From Heptranchias perlo (Eukaryota): a DNA stretch of 64,000 nt. Location of the stretch: the NCBI RefSeq assembly GCF_035084215.1, contig NC_090365.1:5084001-5148000 (forward strand), written 5' to 3'. The notes below the pieces were generated by a model that worked only from the letters and a program-made list of their open reading frames with translations, was not told where the DNA came from and ran no database searches. Shown one piece after another: positions 34,159 to 47,374 of this stretch. Each line of letters opens with the position of its first letter. The first letter of the stretch is position 1. Both the position numbers and the translations under genes were made by a program.

Positions 34159-36226
34159 CACTAAAATATAAAGGTGCCAATGTCTTGCCAAGATAGCACT
34201 GCGCTGCCAGGGATTTATAATTCGAGATCAAAGTGACATTTGATGCAGTGCTCTTTTTCCAAGAGTGAACACCTGGATTGATAAATGGCTGCAGTTTATT
34301 TTTCTTTGGAATCCACAGCAAGCAAAGCCAGGATTGTAAATGGAGGTAATGGCGTTTTAATTATAGGGAGGCTGGTTTTTTGGGACAGTAGGCCGTTAAA
34401 GGCCTGAATTTAATCTCCCTTTTGTTTACATTCACCACATTGCCAGACAGCCCTAGATAACATGCCCAGCACATGTGCTGTCCCCGTGACAGGCAGAAAC
34501 AGCAGGGGCTGGGATCAGACTACAAAATAATCCATCTCTTTGGAATCCATTTACTTTGGAGCTGGTTTTAAATTGCACAAAAATGAAAGGCTATTTCAGT
34601 CTAACACTGAATTCAGTTAAGCTTATGGTGGCTATTCATTTAAAAGCACCTGTAGATATAAAAAGATTTACTTTCTCCCCTCTGTGAGGAGAGGGTTCCA
34701 GCAGCGCTCTGATTGTTTGTCGAGTGGCCGTTCTTAATGAGCCTAGAAAGTGTCAGTGGCCCATTCGACTGTGCAGGACGTGGATTCTAACCCAGTCCAG
34801 CCTTTACCCGAGATCTATGTATACGCTTTCTAGCTGGGTTTGCTAGAACCCTGGCTGACGCTCTTTTCTTTTCTCCCCCCTCCCCACTGCGCTAACCCCA
34901 GGTGCTGGTGCCAAAAGTATCTGCAGTGCACAGACTCTGCTCTGAGCTTTGTGCCCTTCTAGTCTCTATGACTCAGTAATACACTGTATGTGGCTCTGCC
35001 ATTAACGGGGCTCACCTTTGGGTTTATAATATCCTGCAGTTATCCCACAGTAACAGTGCTTTAATCTGACCCACCTGGAGTCATAGAATTTTACAGCACA
35101 GAAGGAGGCCATTTGGCCCATCGTGCCAGGCTGGACTCTGGAAAAAGTTATTCTCCTGCTCTTTCCCCACACCTTTTTTTAAAAAAAAAGTTCAAATATT
35201 TATCCACTCCCCTTTCAAAAGCTACTGTGGATTCTGTTTCCTCCATTGTTTCTGGTAAGGTATTGTATGTCCTAACAACACTCAGCATAAAATAAAGTCA
35301 AATTGCTCCGAACCGCTCTGAATCAGCTTGCCATAATATTCGGCATGTCTTTGACTTTCATTTGACAGCTCTGGCATTCTGGCTTTGAAGGAGGCTGAAA
35401 GTTATCTGCCATTTTGCTGGGTAATCTGGTCACTGTTAAATGAAAATCAGTTTACATAGAATTTACAGCACAGAAACAGGCCATTCGGCCCTACTGGTCC
35501 GTGCTGGTGTTTATGCTCCACTCGAGCCTCCTCCCACCGTACTTCAGCTCACCCTATCTAATCCCAGCTTGCACAGACAGTCGTGTTTTGCAGAAGCGCA
35601 GAACAGAAATCTCTTGGTGTCACGCAGCAGTCCCTAATCCTGACAGTTTTTAATCTGGAGATCAGGGCAGTGTGCACAAGATGTCCCCGTGCCAGTAAAT
35701 CGCTTCCAAAATCAGTCCTGACTTGAAAAATAACATTATCTTCTCATTTCCTTTACGTTACTGGGAAATAATGACATCAACTTTAGCGTTGTATTTAATC
35801 ACCTGGAAAGCTCAGCCGACTGTGGGAACAGGACCGGGATCACAGGATGTTGTCAGACTCGGGGCCCAAGGCTCCAGCTCCTGCAATGCTTCACTGCCCC
35901 AGATACACACGTACAGCACAGTTTAACTCTCTGTGAATCAGTAGCTGCCACTGAAGTAACCGAGGCGGATAGTTCAATATCTGTGAGAATACCCTATAGA
36001 GCTGCCTCCAGGTCCCTGCCCTCTGCCTGTCTGTTCCAGCTTGCCTGAAGCTGGTGCTGAGATTCAGTGCTGTTGCTCTCCTTCCAGTGAGTGAGGGAAT
36101 ACTGATGGGAAATGGGAGGATCCCAGTGTCCAAGGTGCAAGTTGCAAGGTTCTGTTTAAAATCTACCCAAGAGCTAACTGATGGAGCTCTCACTCACATT
36201 GTAGAGGCTCGAATAGCGCTAGGTGC

Positions 36227-36595
36227 CAGCTGTGGCTCAGTGGGTAGCACTCTCACCTCTGAGTCAGAAGGTTGTGGGTTCAAGTCCCACTCCAGAGACT
36301 TGAGAGCACAAAACCTAGGCTGACATTGTAGTGCAGTACTGAGGGAATGCACTGTTTCAAAGAAGAGCAGGGGAGTTCTGGCCAATATTCATTCATCAGC
36401 CAACATCACTGAAACAGATTATCTGGTCGTTATCATCTTGCTGTTTGTGGGATCTTGCTGTGCACAAATTGGCTGCCGTGTTTCCTACATCACAACAGTG
36501 TCTACACTTTAAAAGTACTTAATTGGCTAAAAAGTGCTTTGGGACATCCTGAGGTTGTGAACAGTACTATATAAATGCAAGTCTGTCTTTCTTTT
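36227..36595 (+). mobile_element. Deu-domain SINE with internal deletion
   Basis: A/B box head CAGCTGTGGCTCAGTGGGTAGC..GGTTCAAGTCCC; lacks the GGTGCCGTCTTT..GATCCC segment; tail TATATAAATGCAAG. Confidence 0.85.
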
Positions 36596-38344
36596 TACAT
36601 CCCAGTGGAATTCCTTCACTGTCAATCACTGGAGGGTGAGAGGGAGTACACCTGAATCCTGGCAACTGAGACGGGCATCAGCGCATGTAGCCTATCTTAT
36701 ACTGGTGATCGTTCAGTTTGGATTCTGTGAGCCTGCTCCTGGCATTTAAAACTCCCTCATCACATTGGCAGGATTGTAAACCTATGTTTTTTAAAATTTA
36801 TCGTGGCATTACGAGTCTGCAGCTGGAGTAAGAAAACCGGATTTAGCAGTTTAAACACTGAGCCTGTACTCCTTTTGGTACTCAATACATCCCAGGGCCA
36901 ATTGTGGAGCAGACCAGGAGGTAGAAGAGAGAGGAAGTGGGTTTGACCAAGCCTGGTTATCGCAGAAGGTGGGGAACAGACCAAGAAAAGAGGAGACAAA
37001 GCGTAAATGAGGGACAGGCAGCCAATTTTTTGTAGGTGAGGTTTGAATATTTGCATGGTGGGGGGACACGGGTCTTTTATGCAATAATTTGCAGCCCATT
37101 CGGTGGTTGTGGCCCATGTCTCTGGCCTTTTGCTCCAAAGGTTGGATGCCCCGTCTCTACAGCATCAGAACAGTGAGGTTGGGCTGTCAGCCTTGTACAA
37201 AATCGGCTCCATGTGATATGACTCACCAGCACTGAAGCTTGACCTCTGACCGAGCCAGGAACCTAAGAGCTACTCCAGCTGCACGTCAGCATTCTGTGTC
37301 AATCCAGAATACTCTACGGGATACAACAGCAAAGATCCTGCCAGCAGGGCTGTCTCCTGGACAGTGTCACTAATTTGGGCTTCGGCTCACGAATAAATCA
37401 TCGGTTGCTAATCCAGGGTTGTTGCAGCATATGTTAGGCTGCAGGAAATCTCTGGGCACTTGTGTGTTGGGCACCTCTGTAGTTCGGAGCTCTGGATAGC
37501 AGTGCACCAGCCCCCTCCAGCTCTTTTTTTTGCAGTGCTCGAACCCTGTCCTGTATCCTGATGGAAGAATCGTTGGCCCCACGAGAAAAGCCATTGTCTG
37601 TGATTTCCCCCACTGGGATAAGGGAGTTGGATTCAGCAGCGTAAGCACCTGCTCACGGTACGCTGGTCTCCCCGGAATCCGAACTAAACAAGCGCCCGTG
37701 TAAAAGCAGCTTTTTGCCTGCCGGGGGAGTGATGTTTTATCCCACCCGTATCTCATTTTGAGAAGTGGTCATTGTGCTAATCTAATGAGCGAAGTCGAGG
37801 CTATTTTGAGAAGTGCTTTCAAGTGAAATCTGGAGCGTTGCAGCTTCAATCAATAGTTGTCTGGTAGCTGTAGCTCGTGTGTGGGTGTTTGGCTTGTCCT
37901 GATACCACTCCCTCCCTCTGACCTTAAGACCATCGGTTATATTTAATTATTTTTGCTGCAGCTTCCCCCATTACATGCTTTTTTTCCCCTGCAGTTGCAA
38001 AGATCAAACAGCTGAATGTTAGGATGGAAATGGTCAGTACAAAGCTTTATTCATAAGCACATGCTACGCTCTTCTCTTCCCCCACCCCCCAACTCACACC
38101 CACGTGTTGGTCACCTCATGCTTGGCTTGATTTCTAACTGCAAACTTCAGCGATCCCAGCATATCTGTCCAGTGATGAATGCCTCATAAATGTGCTCTGC
38201 TCTACACAGTTGCACAAAGCACTGAGTGAGCCGATACTTAATATTTTACTAATTAATATTGTGCTAAGTGCTGTTTTATTTAACCCTTTCACTGGCAAGG
38301 TCCTTCCACCCACCTGCTCACAGTTTTCTTTCCTGCAGGCGACT

Positions 38345-38500
38345 TCTCTCGCCGGAGAACAAATGTAACCTCTCCACTACCAGCCGCCTCCATAAACCCC
38401 TCTACCCTGTCGCCTCCACCCTCACCTCCAACAAGTGCAAGGAGCCCATGGACTTCATCACTAAGATTCAGAGACCGTCTGTTCAGCTGCTTCCACCCTG
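38345..38500 (+). mobile_element. L2 ORF2 internal fragment
   Basis: CTCACCTCCAACAAGTGCAAGGAGCCCATGGACTTC resembles L2 ORF2 tether region. Confidence 0.55.
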
Positions 38501-38745
38501 CTCTCATGAGACCAGGCCTATAACACAGAAAAGGAGCCTCCCCCCCCACTGTAGTTAATCTCAACTGGGGCTGTGCTATGAGTGCTGCAGTTAGTCTCTG
38601 CCCCCTGGGTTAGGGAGTGGAAAATCAGCCTGGGTGCCTACTCCTGATCGCTATCCAGCAACTTGGTGCGAGTTAGATATTGAGCTGATTCTTTGTGTCA
38701 AGGCTCATACATGGGTGAGGTAACAGGGCCGTTGCACTGTAATGT

Positions 38746-38960
38746 CGATAGTAGCCATGATGTGGAGATGCCGGTGATGGACTGGGGTTGACAAATGTAA
38801 GGAATCTTACAACACCAGGTTATAGTCCAACAGTTTTATTTGAAAATCACAAGCTTTCGGAAACTTTCTCCTTCGTCAGGTGAAATGGAGAAAGCCTCCG
38901 AAAGCTTGTGATTTTCAAATAAAACTGTTGGACTATAACCTGGTGTTGTAAGATTCCTTA
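38746..38960 (-). mobile_element. Penelope-like element terminal fragment with 66-bp perfect inverted repeat and hammerhead motif
   Basis: IR arms 38796-38861/38897-38962; TSD CACTGTAATGT (38735-38745/38961-38971); shares GATGTGGAGATGCCGGTGATGGACTGGGGTT with 17974-18145. Confidence 0.85.
38847..38883 (-). ncRNA. Minimal type I hammerhead ribozyme motif
   Basis: Minus strand: TCAC-CTGACGA-A-GGAGAAAGTTTCC-GAAAGCTT-GTGA; stem I UCAC/GUGA. Confidence 0.75.
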
Positions 38961-39316
38961 CACTGTAATGTAGCAGAGAGGTGAGAAAAAGGATTAAACT
39001 GTTACTATTTTTTTTCTCGCAAGTGTCCATTAAAGATAGATAATTGCACATCAGGTGTTGTTAAATCTCCAGTAGGTGTTAATGATCCTCATCAGCATTT
39101 AACAATCTTGGCAACACCAGGACCAGGGCTGGATCGTGCTTGCATTTGAATGGCTTGGTGATGGCATCTCATCAGTTTCTGATTAGTAGGTGCTGCCTTC
39201 AGTGCATAATGACAGTGAACCTGACCACTGGGATTGCTGATTCCAAGCTTTTTGTCTGAGAGTTGCTTAAGTATTTATCGTGGAGCCTTGCAGGCCACTT
39301 GTAAAGTTTTAAGCAT

Positions 39317-39744
39317 CAGCCTTGCTTAGTTGGTGGCGCTCGCCTCCGAGTCATAAGCGTGTCACCAACTATGCCAGGCTGACATTTAGACCATGGGATC
39401 TTTTGCTTGAACCCACTGCAGAAACGTGATCGCTTAATCTGGGCTGATGATGAGGGAGTGCTGCATCGCTGGTGGTCCGATGAAATGTACAGGAGGATGC
39501 AAAAGATCCCCTGGTACTTTTTCCAAAGAGGAGCAGGGAGTTCTCTTGGTGTCCTGGCCAACAGTCATCGCTCAACCAACATTATAAAAAATCAGATTTG
39601 GTCATTCATCTTGTGCAATTTATTCGATCTTGTGTGCGGAAGTTGGCTGCCGCATGTGCCTATAAGAACAGGTATTACGCTACGGAAGTGATTCGTTAGC
39701 TGTGAAGTGCTTTGGATGTTCTGATGTTGTTAAGGGAGCTATAT
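39317..39744 (+). mobile_element. Degenerate Deu-domain SINE
   Basis: Recognisable body; tail GCTATAT|AAATG split by a CR1. Confidence 0.7.
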
Positions 39745-40452
39745 CTGAGTACTTTTTAAATGGTGAAAAGCTAGAAACAGTGGTGATCCAAAAAGATTTA
39801 GGAATCCATGTACACAGATCACTAAAATGTAGTAGTCAGGTACAACAAATAATCAAAAAGGCTAATGGAATGTTAGCCTTTATAACAAGAGAGCTGGATT
39901 ATAAAGGGGAGGAAGTTTTACTACAGCTGTACAAACCCCTGGTTAGATCACATCTGGAGTGCCGTGTGTAGTTCAGGGCACCACACTTTAGATATATTGG
40001 CCTTGGAAGGAGTGTAGTGCAGATTCACTAGAATGTTACCAGGACTCCAAGAGTTAAATTATGAGGAGAGAATACATAAACTTGTATACATAGGCTTGTA
40101 TTCCCTGGAATATAAATGTATACGGGGGATTTTGGAAGGAATTGTTAGAGTAGATGGAGAGAAACTTTTTCTGCTGGTGGGGGAGTCTAGAACAAGGGGA
40201 CATAACTTTAAAATCAGAGCCAGGTCATTCAGGGGAGAAGTTAGGAAACACTACCTCATGCAAAGTGTGACACACTCTCCCTTAAAGAGCAGTAGATGAT
40301 AGCTCAATTAATAATTTTAAATCAAAGATCGATAGATTTTTGCTAGACAAGGATAAGGAGCCAAGGCGGGTAAATGGAGTTAGGATACAGATCAGCCATG
40401 ATCTCATTGAATGGTGGAACAGGCTTGGGGACTGAACGGCCTATCCCTGTTC
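39745..40452 (+). mobile_element. 5'-truncated CR1 inserted in a SINE tail
   Basis: KDLGIHVH..KKANGMLAFI..LVRSHLE; CTATAT at both junctions (39739-39744/40453-40458). Confidence 0.85.
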
Positions 40453-42142
40453 CTATATAAATGGTAGGATCAGTGTTCCCATTAATTTTCATACATCTCA
40501 AGCTTGTGTCTTGGTGTTCCATGTAGGATTTATATGTCAATGAGGCAACAACATTAACAAGTCACAGATGTGATGGGGCAAATATCTTCCTTCTGCTCTG
40601 TAAACTTCCATGGTTATTAGCTCAGCGGGCAAGTGCACTCCTTGGGTGGTCATGAGCCACTTAGAGCAGGAAGATCCCAGGTTTGACTCCCAGGTCTTTG
40701 CTGAGTTAGTTGATCAAAATTGAGGTGCAACAGTTGGCTTCAGCTCCCCTGGGGTAAGGTGGGCAGAATCACCCAGGATTCCTTCTCTCACCTCCCCCCC
40801 CCCCCCCCCCCCCTCAATTGCTAGCCAGTAAACCCTGTTGGAAGTGTAAGTGTGGATAGGATTGGATGCAGTTGACTAGCCCGTTACACATTGCCCAGGT
40901 TCTTGTGTAAGGAAATGGGTAATACGCCAAAGGAGTGATGAACCCCATTGAGCCATTTCTCAGCCTGAGTCACTGCCTTCAGAAAGGGGGAGAAAATGTG
41001 AGGAGGTGAAAGGGCAAGAAAAGCTGAGGCTCCAGTGAAAGTGGGCTTCTGAGAATTGTACCACAAAGGAAGTTTTTTCTCTTCACCACCTAATGAAAAC
41101 AAAACCATGGTAAGGGTGAAAATAACCAATTTACCTACAGGTCCAGACAGGAGTCTGGCATGAGTCAGACTTATTGTTGTTCATCTGTAGTGCTTTAGGT
41201 TCTCATTAATGAATGTGTCACACCTAATGTAATCACATTTCCAGTTTTAGACTTTACAAAGCAACTGTTTGGTCCATTGTGATTATTCAGCCTGTCTTGA
41301 CATGCGTTGACTTTGGTTGGTAAAAGTGAATTGGGATAGTGAGTGTTATTTTTATGATTATATGTGTGCACTTGTCTTTTGTATAGTGGTGTCCAAAGCA
41401 TCGTAATGTAATCCTTCAATTTAATTAGTGGATTTCCTGTTGCGTTGCCCACGGGAAGGCAGTGAATTTCCTTCCGAGTATATTGATGATGGTGTTGCTA
41501 TGGGGATCCACGGCTCCTGGGGCTCACGAACCTCTATGCAGTTGCAGAAGTGTGCAGTTCCATGCATGACTGCGTCACAGAACAGTGCCGCCTAATAGAG
41601 TTTATGCTATGTGTAGCAAACTTCATATATTGTCGTTAGATTTGCAGTAAAACGTGTTACTGTGTTTGGGTTTTCTCCTAACGCTTTTAACTTGTTGAAC
41701 TTTGAACAGTTTTCAGAAGCTGATCTGCTTCTCCAATGTACTGAATCTTGCAACCTTATGTATGACGTGCCACATGACTAATGACCTTTTTTACTTGGGT
41801 ATGGTACACCGGAGATTCCATGGGCTGCCTACCACATTTTTCTGTCCATTTCAAACGGTGATAAATACCACACTACCAGACTAAAGTTCAGGCTAAACTA
41901 ATCTTTGAATTTATTTGAGAGTCAGATGACAGAAATGAATCGAGAGAAGCTAGTAGTACAGTACTTGATTTCCTCAGTGCTTAAGTTACTTCAAAACAAA
42001 GTCCCAAATATTCAATTCCTTAACATAACTTTGAACATTACTTCTGACGAATCATTATATGGCAAAGACTTAACACCTTTCAGATGTGAAACAGAGAATT
42101 TAAGTGCATGGTGGGGAAACCGCAGGACTTTCAAAAGAGGGT

Positions 42143-42400
42143 TTCCATTGCCCCACCATTGGCGGCCGTGCCTTCAGCTGCCTAGGCCCTAAGCCCTGGA
42201 ATTCCCTCCCTAAACCTCTCTGCCTCGCTACCTCTCTCTCTTCCTATCAGATCCTCCTTAAAACCTACCCCTTTGACCAAACTTTCAGTCACCTGACCTA
42301 ATTTCTCTATTATATGGCTCGGTGTCAAATTTTGTCTAATGCTCCAGGGGTGCCTTAGGTCCTTTCTAAAGGTGCTATATACATACAAGTCGTTGTTGTT
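42143..42400 (+). mobile_element. L2 LINE 3' end
   Basis: L2 tail consensus. Confidence 0.8.
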
Positions 42401-42754
42401 TCAGCATCCAAGATCAAAGAGTTCCACCTCAACTGTAAAGCAAAGTTTTTTTTTATCACTAAGCAGGTTATGTATGAATAGCAGTCTCTTGGCTGTCTAA
42501 TGAGTCATTTACTCTCAACACCTGACTGCCAGAGAAACCATTCTTAAATATGTATTATGAGTCTGCAAGTTTTGAATACATTTCAAAAACATGATAGACA
42601 AACCAACATTTTGGTACCACCAACATCTTTTGGCCACTATCTCCAGTCAGCTGCAGGGTTGGGAGGTACAGTTGAAGTAAGGTTGTTTATTTGGGTACTT
42701 TATATATCTTTGTATTTTTAACAAAAAAGTGTTCACTTTTTAAAAAAAAATCCA

Positions 42755-43255
42755 GCATTAACCTTAGAAAGGGTGCAGAAAAGATTTACTAGAATGATTC
42801 CAGGGATGAGGGACTTTAGTTACGTGGATAGACTGGAGAAGCTGGGGTTGTTCTCCTTGGAACAGAGAAGGTTGAGAGGAGATTTGATAGAGGTATACAA
42901 AATCATGTTAGGTCTACAAAGAATAGAGAGAGAGAAACTGTTCCCATTAGCAGAAGGGTCAAGAACCAGAGGACATTGATTTTTAACGTGATTGGCAAAA
43001 GAACCAAAGGTGATATGAGGAAAAACTTTTTTACGCAGCGAGTGGTTAGGATCTGCAGTGCATTGCCAGGGTGGGTGGTGGAGGCAGATTCGTGGCTTTT
43101 AAAAGGGAACTGGATAAGTACATGAAAGGAAAAAATTTGCAGGGCTACGGGGATAGGGCGGGGGAGTGGAGCTAGCTGGATTGCTCCATAGAGCTGGCAT
43201 GGACTCGATAGGCCAAATGGCATCCTTCGTGCTGTAACCTTTCTCTGATTCTATG
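42755..43255 (+). mobile_element. CR1 3' end
   Basis: QKRFTRMIPGM..LFSLEQRRLRGDLIEVYKI; ATTCTATGA tail. Confidence 0.88.
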
Positions 43256-43514
43256 AACATTGCCAGAAATCTGAATTAAAAGAACAATATAAAAATGACT
43301 TATGAATTGTGTTGAGGAACTGGGTTGAGATTGCCTCAACCTCATTTCTTGTAGGACCTTTACAGTCAGCAGAAAAATAAAACCTTTATTGTACCATACT
43401 GGCCTGGTTTCAATCCCATCCCTTAGAAGAGAAAGGGCAGTGTGGTAACACATTGCGCTTCCCAGATTTTGGATTGCAATATTTCAAATAACTACAAGGA
43501 AAAAGAAGTAACGT

Positions 43515-43843
43515 CCTCCAGCCCTACAACCCTCTGAGATTTCTGCGCTCCTCCAATTCTGGCCTCTTGCACTTTCCCAATTTTTATCGCTGCACCATTG
43601 GCGGCCGTGCCTTCAGCTGCCTAGGCCCGAAGCTCTGGAATTCCCCCCCCTAAACCTCTCTGCCTCTCTACACCTCTCTCCTTTAAGATGCTCCTTAAAA
43701 CCTACCTCTTTGACCAAACTTTTGTTCACTAGTCCTAATGTCTCCTTATGTGGTTCGGTGTCAATTTTTGTCTGATTACACTCCAGTGAAGCGCCTTGGG
43801 ATGTTTTACTACGTCAAAGGTGCTATACAAAAGCAAGTTGTTA
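43515..43843 (+). mobile_element. L2 LINE 3' end
   Basis: L2 tail consensus. Confidence 0.85.
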
Positions 43844-44844
43844 TTAGTCAGTCTGAAAGTCGCTGGTCTGTTTTACAGACAGAAGTAGGCCACTTTTTTA
43901 CACTTGTGGTCAAGATTTCATCAATGCACTTAGGTCTTTTCCTTTGTGAGAACACAAAATGGTGGAATGTGTTAGACACTGTGCAGTATTCCCTTTATAA
44001 TCTTTACAACATGTGGTGTTGAAACTGCCACATAAAATGGCCTAATGTTCAGATAGTTGAGCACTGAAATATAATCTACTGCAGGTGTTCCTCCGAGAAA
44101 TGAGTTTTTCAACAGATGGTTTAACTTGAGAAGGTTTCATGGGAGCAGAAGGCATTTGTTTTCATGGTTTTTTAAGAATACGCACCCCCCCCCCCCCCCC
44201 CCCCCCCAACCCCCTCTTCTCAGCCCCATGTTGCTCTCCTGGGGACATGTAACGAGAGGCTGCTCATACTACTTTCAGGCTTCTGCCAGCATGTGCGAGA
44301 GCAGTCAGCGGTTACTCTCTCATTGTCCGAGGGCAAGCGGCTGGATCACGATCAGTGTGTGTGCATCTCTGAAGCAGCGACTGAGGGGAACCACGTTGGA
44401 TTTATGGAGTGCTGCAGTGGAATGTGGAATTTAAGAATAGAAAGACTCAAAAATCTTCCAATATTAAAGTTCAGAACTGCTTCTCCTCTCTTTTTTTCTC
44501 TTCCCCAAGTAGATGGGGAGAGACCAGCAACCAGTGCAAGTAGGAATATTTCGAAGGGTAGGTATAGGGTTCGATTTAAGCCTGCTGCACAGCTGCTGAA
44601 CCAGGAAGAAACTAATTCCCTGCTGATCAGTGGCAGGGAAAAAGAATCAGCCCATACTGCAGAAATCATAAAACTGTCTGTTGAAATCAATGTTGTACTG
44701 CAATCTGAAAATTACAATTCATGGACTCCTGGGAATTTTAACAAAAGGTGCTCACAGCTCTCATCCCCACTCCTGACCACCAAAGTTTTCACGCATACAA
44801 AAGGCATTTTTTAAAAAGTGTTATGGATTGAAACACACTGAATT

Positions 44845-45100
44845 GTAGAATGTACAGCGCAGATACAGGCCACTTGGCCCAACTGATCTATGCCTGTGCT
44901 CCACGCGAGCCTCCTCCCTCCTTACTTCATCTCACCCTATCAGCATATCCTTCTATTCCTTTCTCCCTCATGTGTTTATCCAGCTTCTCCTTAAATGCAT
45001 CTATGCTATTCGCCTCAGCTACTCCATGTGGGAGCAAGTTCCACATTCTAACCACTCTCTGGGTAAAGAAGTTTCTCCTGAATTCCCTATTGGATTTATT
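44845..45100 (-). mobile_element. CR1 3' end (related copies at 35455-35560 and 62560-62760)
   Basis: CGAGCCTCCTCCC..CATATCCTTCTATTCCTTTCTCCCTCAT..CTCTGGGTAAAGAAGTTT. Confidence 0.75.
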
Positions 45101-47374
45101 ATCGCTATGTTTGTGTTATAAAAAGTATATGTTCCAAAAAAAACAGCCTCAGGGAAACAGGCTGACCCCCCCCCACCCCACCCTTCCCCGATGGTCCATC
45201 TAGCAAATTTGTCTAGAACAATTGCTACACAGCACTGGAATGTTTCCAGTTCTTTGCCTACTTAGCTGATCTCTGTGCTGGAGAATGGAATGTTTCTGAT
45301 TTTGGACACCCAGTGTCAGTCTCCTGTCTGCCTAGGTTGGGTATGCATGGTTAGATCACAAGATAGATACAGATGAAAAAGGCCAATCAGCCCATCCATT
45401 CAGAAAGAACCAAGTGTCTTTTCACCATCCCTCCTCTGTCTCAGCATCCTACTATTTCTTATGTGACTCCAGGGCTTTTGTTTCCACTACTGGTTAGCAG
45501 TAAAAGTGCTACAATTGGCTTTGGCGCACTGAGCTCGGTTGGGGGGGGAATGAGGAATGAACCACCCATTCCTGTTTCCTATCCTACGAATGCTGCTAGG
45601 TATTGTACTTGGGCGGTTGATAGGTGAGAACAGGATGCCCTGAAAATCACTGTCTAGTCTCACGTATGTAGAATGACCATTTGCACGAGGTACTGAGGGT
45701 GGCCGTGTGAATGTGCTCCAGCAAGGGTCGGCACCTTGAGAAAGGGGAGAAGAAGGGCAAAGATTCTGGTCAGAGCTCAAGAGCCTTGACTTAATGTAAT
45801 CTCACTTATTTTTAAAAAGGGATAAGTTAATTTAATTTGCAGTTTGTGGGACAAATTGGCTGCCACATTTGCCTACAAAACAACAGTGACTGCACTTCAA
45901 GAGTAATTCTGCTTTAAGATGTCCTGAGGATGTGGATAAGCTGCTATATAAGTTCATTAAGATCACCTTTTAGTTGCCTCCTTTCAAGGTTGAGAAGCTC
46001 AAGATTCTCCCAGACCAGAAGGTCTCCAAGTTTGATATCCCGTCCATGCTGAGTGAGCTGACCTTGTGTGCAATGGCAATAAAGATGTTAGAATTTGGCT
46101 TCTCACTGCCCATTGGCTACAGAGGGAATACCAGCAGGGTTCTTTTTCCTGGTCAATAATCAATGACCGTGATGGGAAGGGTGTAAGTGTCGATGTTGGG
46201 TCAAGTCTGCGATGCCCTCTGCAGTTGAATAGCCTGCTGACGTCCACTTTCCAGGCTCACTTGAACGATGGCCATCTGAGTGAAGTATTGAAAAGCTGCT
46301 GGACCCCTGCCCCAACATGAGACAGTACCTTCAGTAGGAGGAAGAAGAAGTGAAATAACATTCATCCTTCCCTGCAAGGGCTTTGGTCCTGACTCCACTC
46401 CCCAGCACACCGACGTCCGCTCACTGAGTCTCTTGAGAGATGGGCTGGAAGAAGGTGGGGACAGACAGATTAAGGTATCTGATTCTTTTATATTTAACAG
46501 GGGGAGGATCTGTTTCAACGTACAGATGTTTTGCTTTAACTTATTCTGAAGAAATGGGGGTTGGGGAGGGCGGCACGTTATTTGTAGCGGTATTCCTAAA
46601 AACTAAGCGCTAAGGCAATTGCTAACCTGGTCTCCTCGTCATCTTCCCCCCCCCCCCTCCCCCACCCCTAAAATCCTTGGGATCCTGGTTGAGTTATAGG
46701 TAACGAGAGCGTAATTGCCAACTCTTAAGAGCTTATGTGTCACCACCCTGAGGCCACAGCTGTGTGGGCTCTGGCAACATTTACATCCCAGAAATAAACA
46801 CTTCCATGTTGTCCCTTTCTATATAAAAAAAAAAGCCGAGAGGGAGATGGGTGTAACTATTTTACTGCTCGTACATTTACTTTCAGTCTTGGGTGTCGTC
46901 CTGCTTAGAAATTTGGAAGTCAAAGCCAGAATAAGCATTCTGAAAATTTCTAGTTTGCAAGATGCAAGGCTTGTGGGGAAATGTTTTTTTTAAAAAATGC
47001 ATAGTTTTGAGGGATGCCTGGTGGGTCAGTGGAGTTTATTTGCTTAGAACAAACTCTATTTTGTTTTAGTGAAAATTTTCTGTTCATGGTGAAATATTAG
47101 CAACGTACTGAGTATGATTATAATTTACTTTGTTTTAGGCTTGTGTTAAATTTATGACGTCCCTCAAAAATTACCAGGGAAGTCCATTCTGAGAAGAGTT
47201 CCATTTTAACACTTTACGCATAACTACACTCTGAGTTCCAGCCTCAAACTGGCACTACAACAACTTCAAAAACAATTTGCACTCCCTTTGCCAGTGGCCA
47301 TGTGCGGGAAGATGTCTCAAGCTCTTTAAAAGGACAAGAAACTGATGAGTGCCGAACAGGCTTGGGAAGGGAGA

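Noticed and set aside
36227-36300. tRNA gene
   Set aside because: A/B boxes belong to a SINE head; no complete cloverleaf, and the SINE body follows
38172-38225. C/D-box snoRNA (GTGATGA...CTGA)
   Set aside because: Only ~54 nt, no terminal stem, no rRNA complement that I could recognise
44126-44814. Overlapping 102- and 173-aa ORFs
   Set aside because: Non-ATG starts, include poly-C and degenerate SINE-like sequence, no known motif
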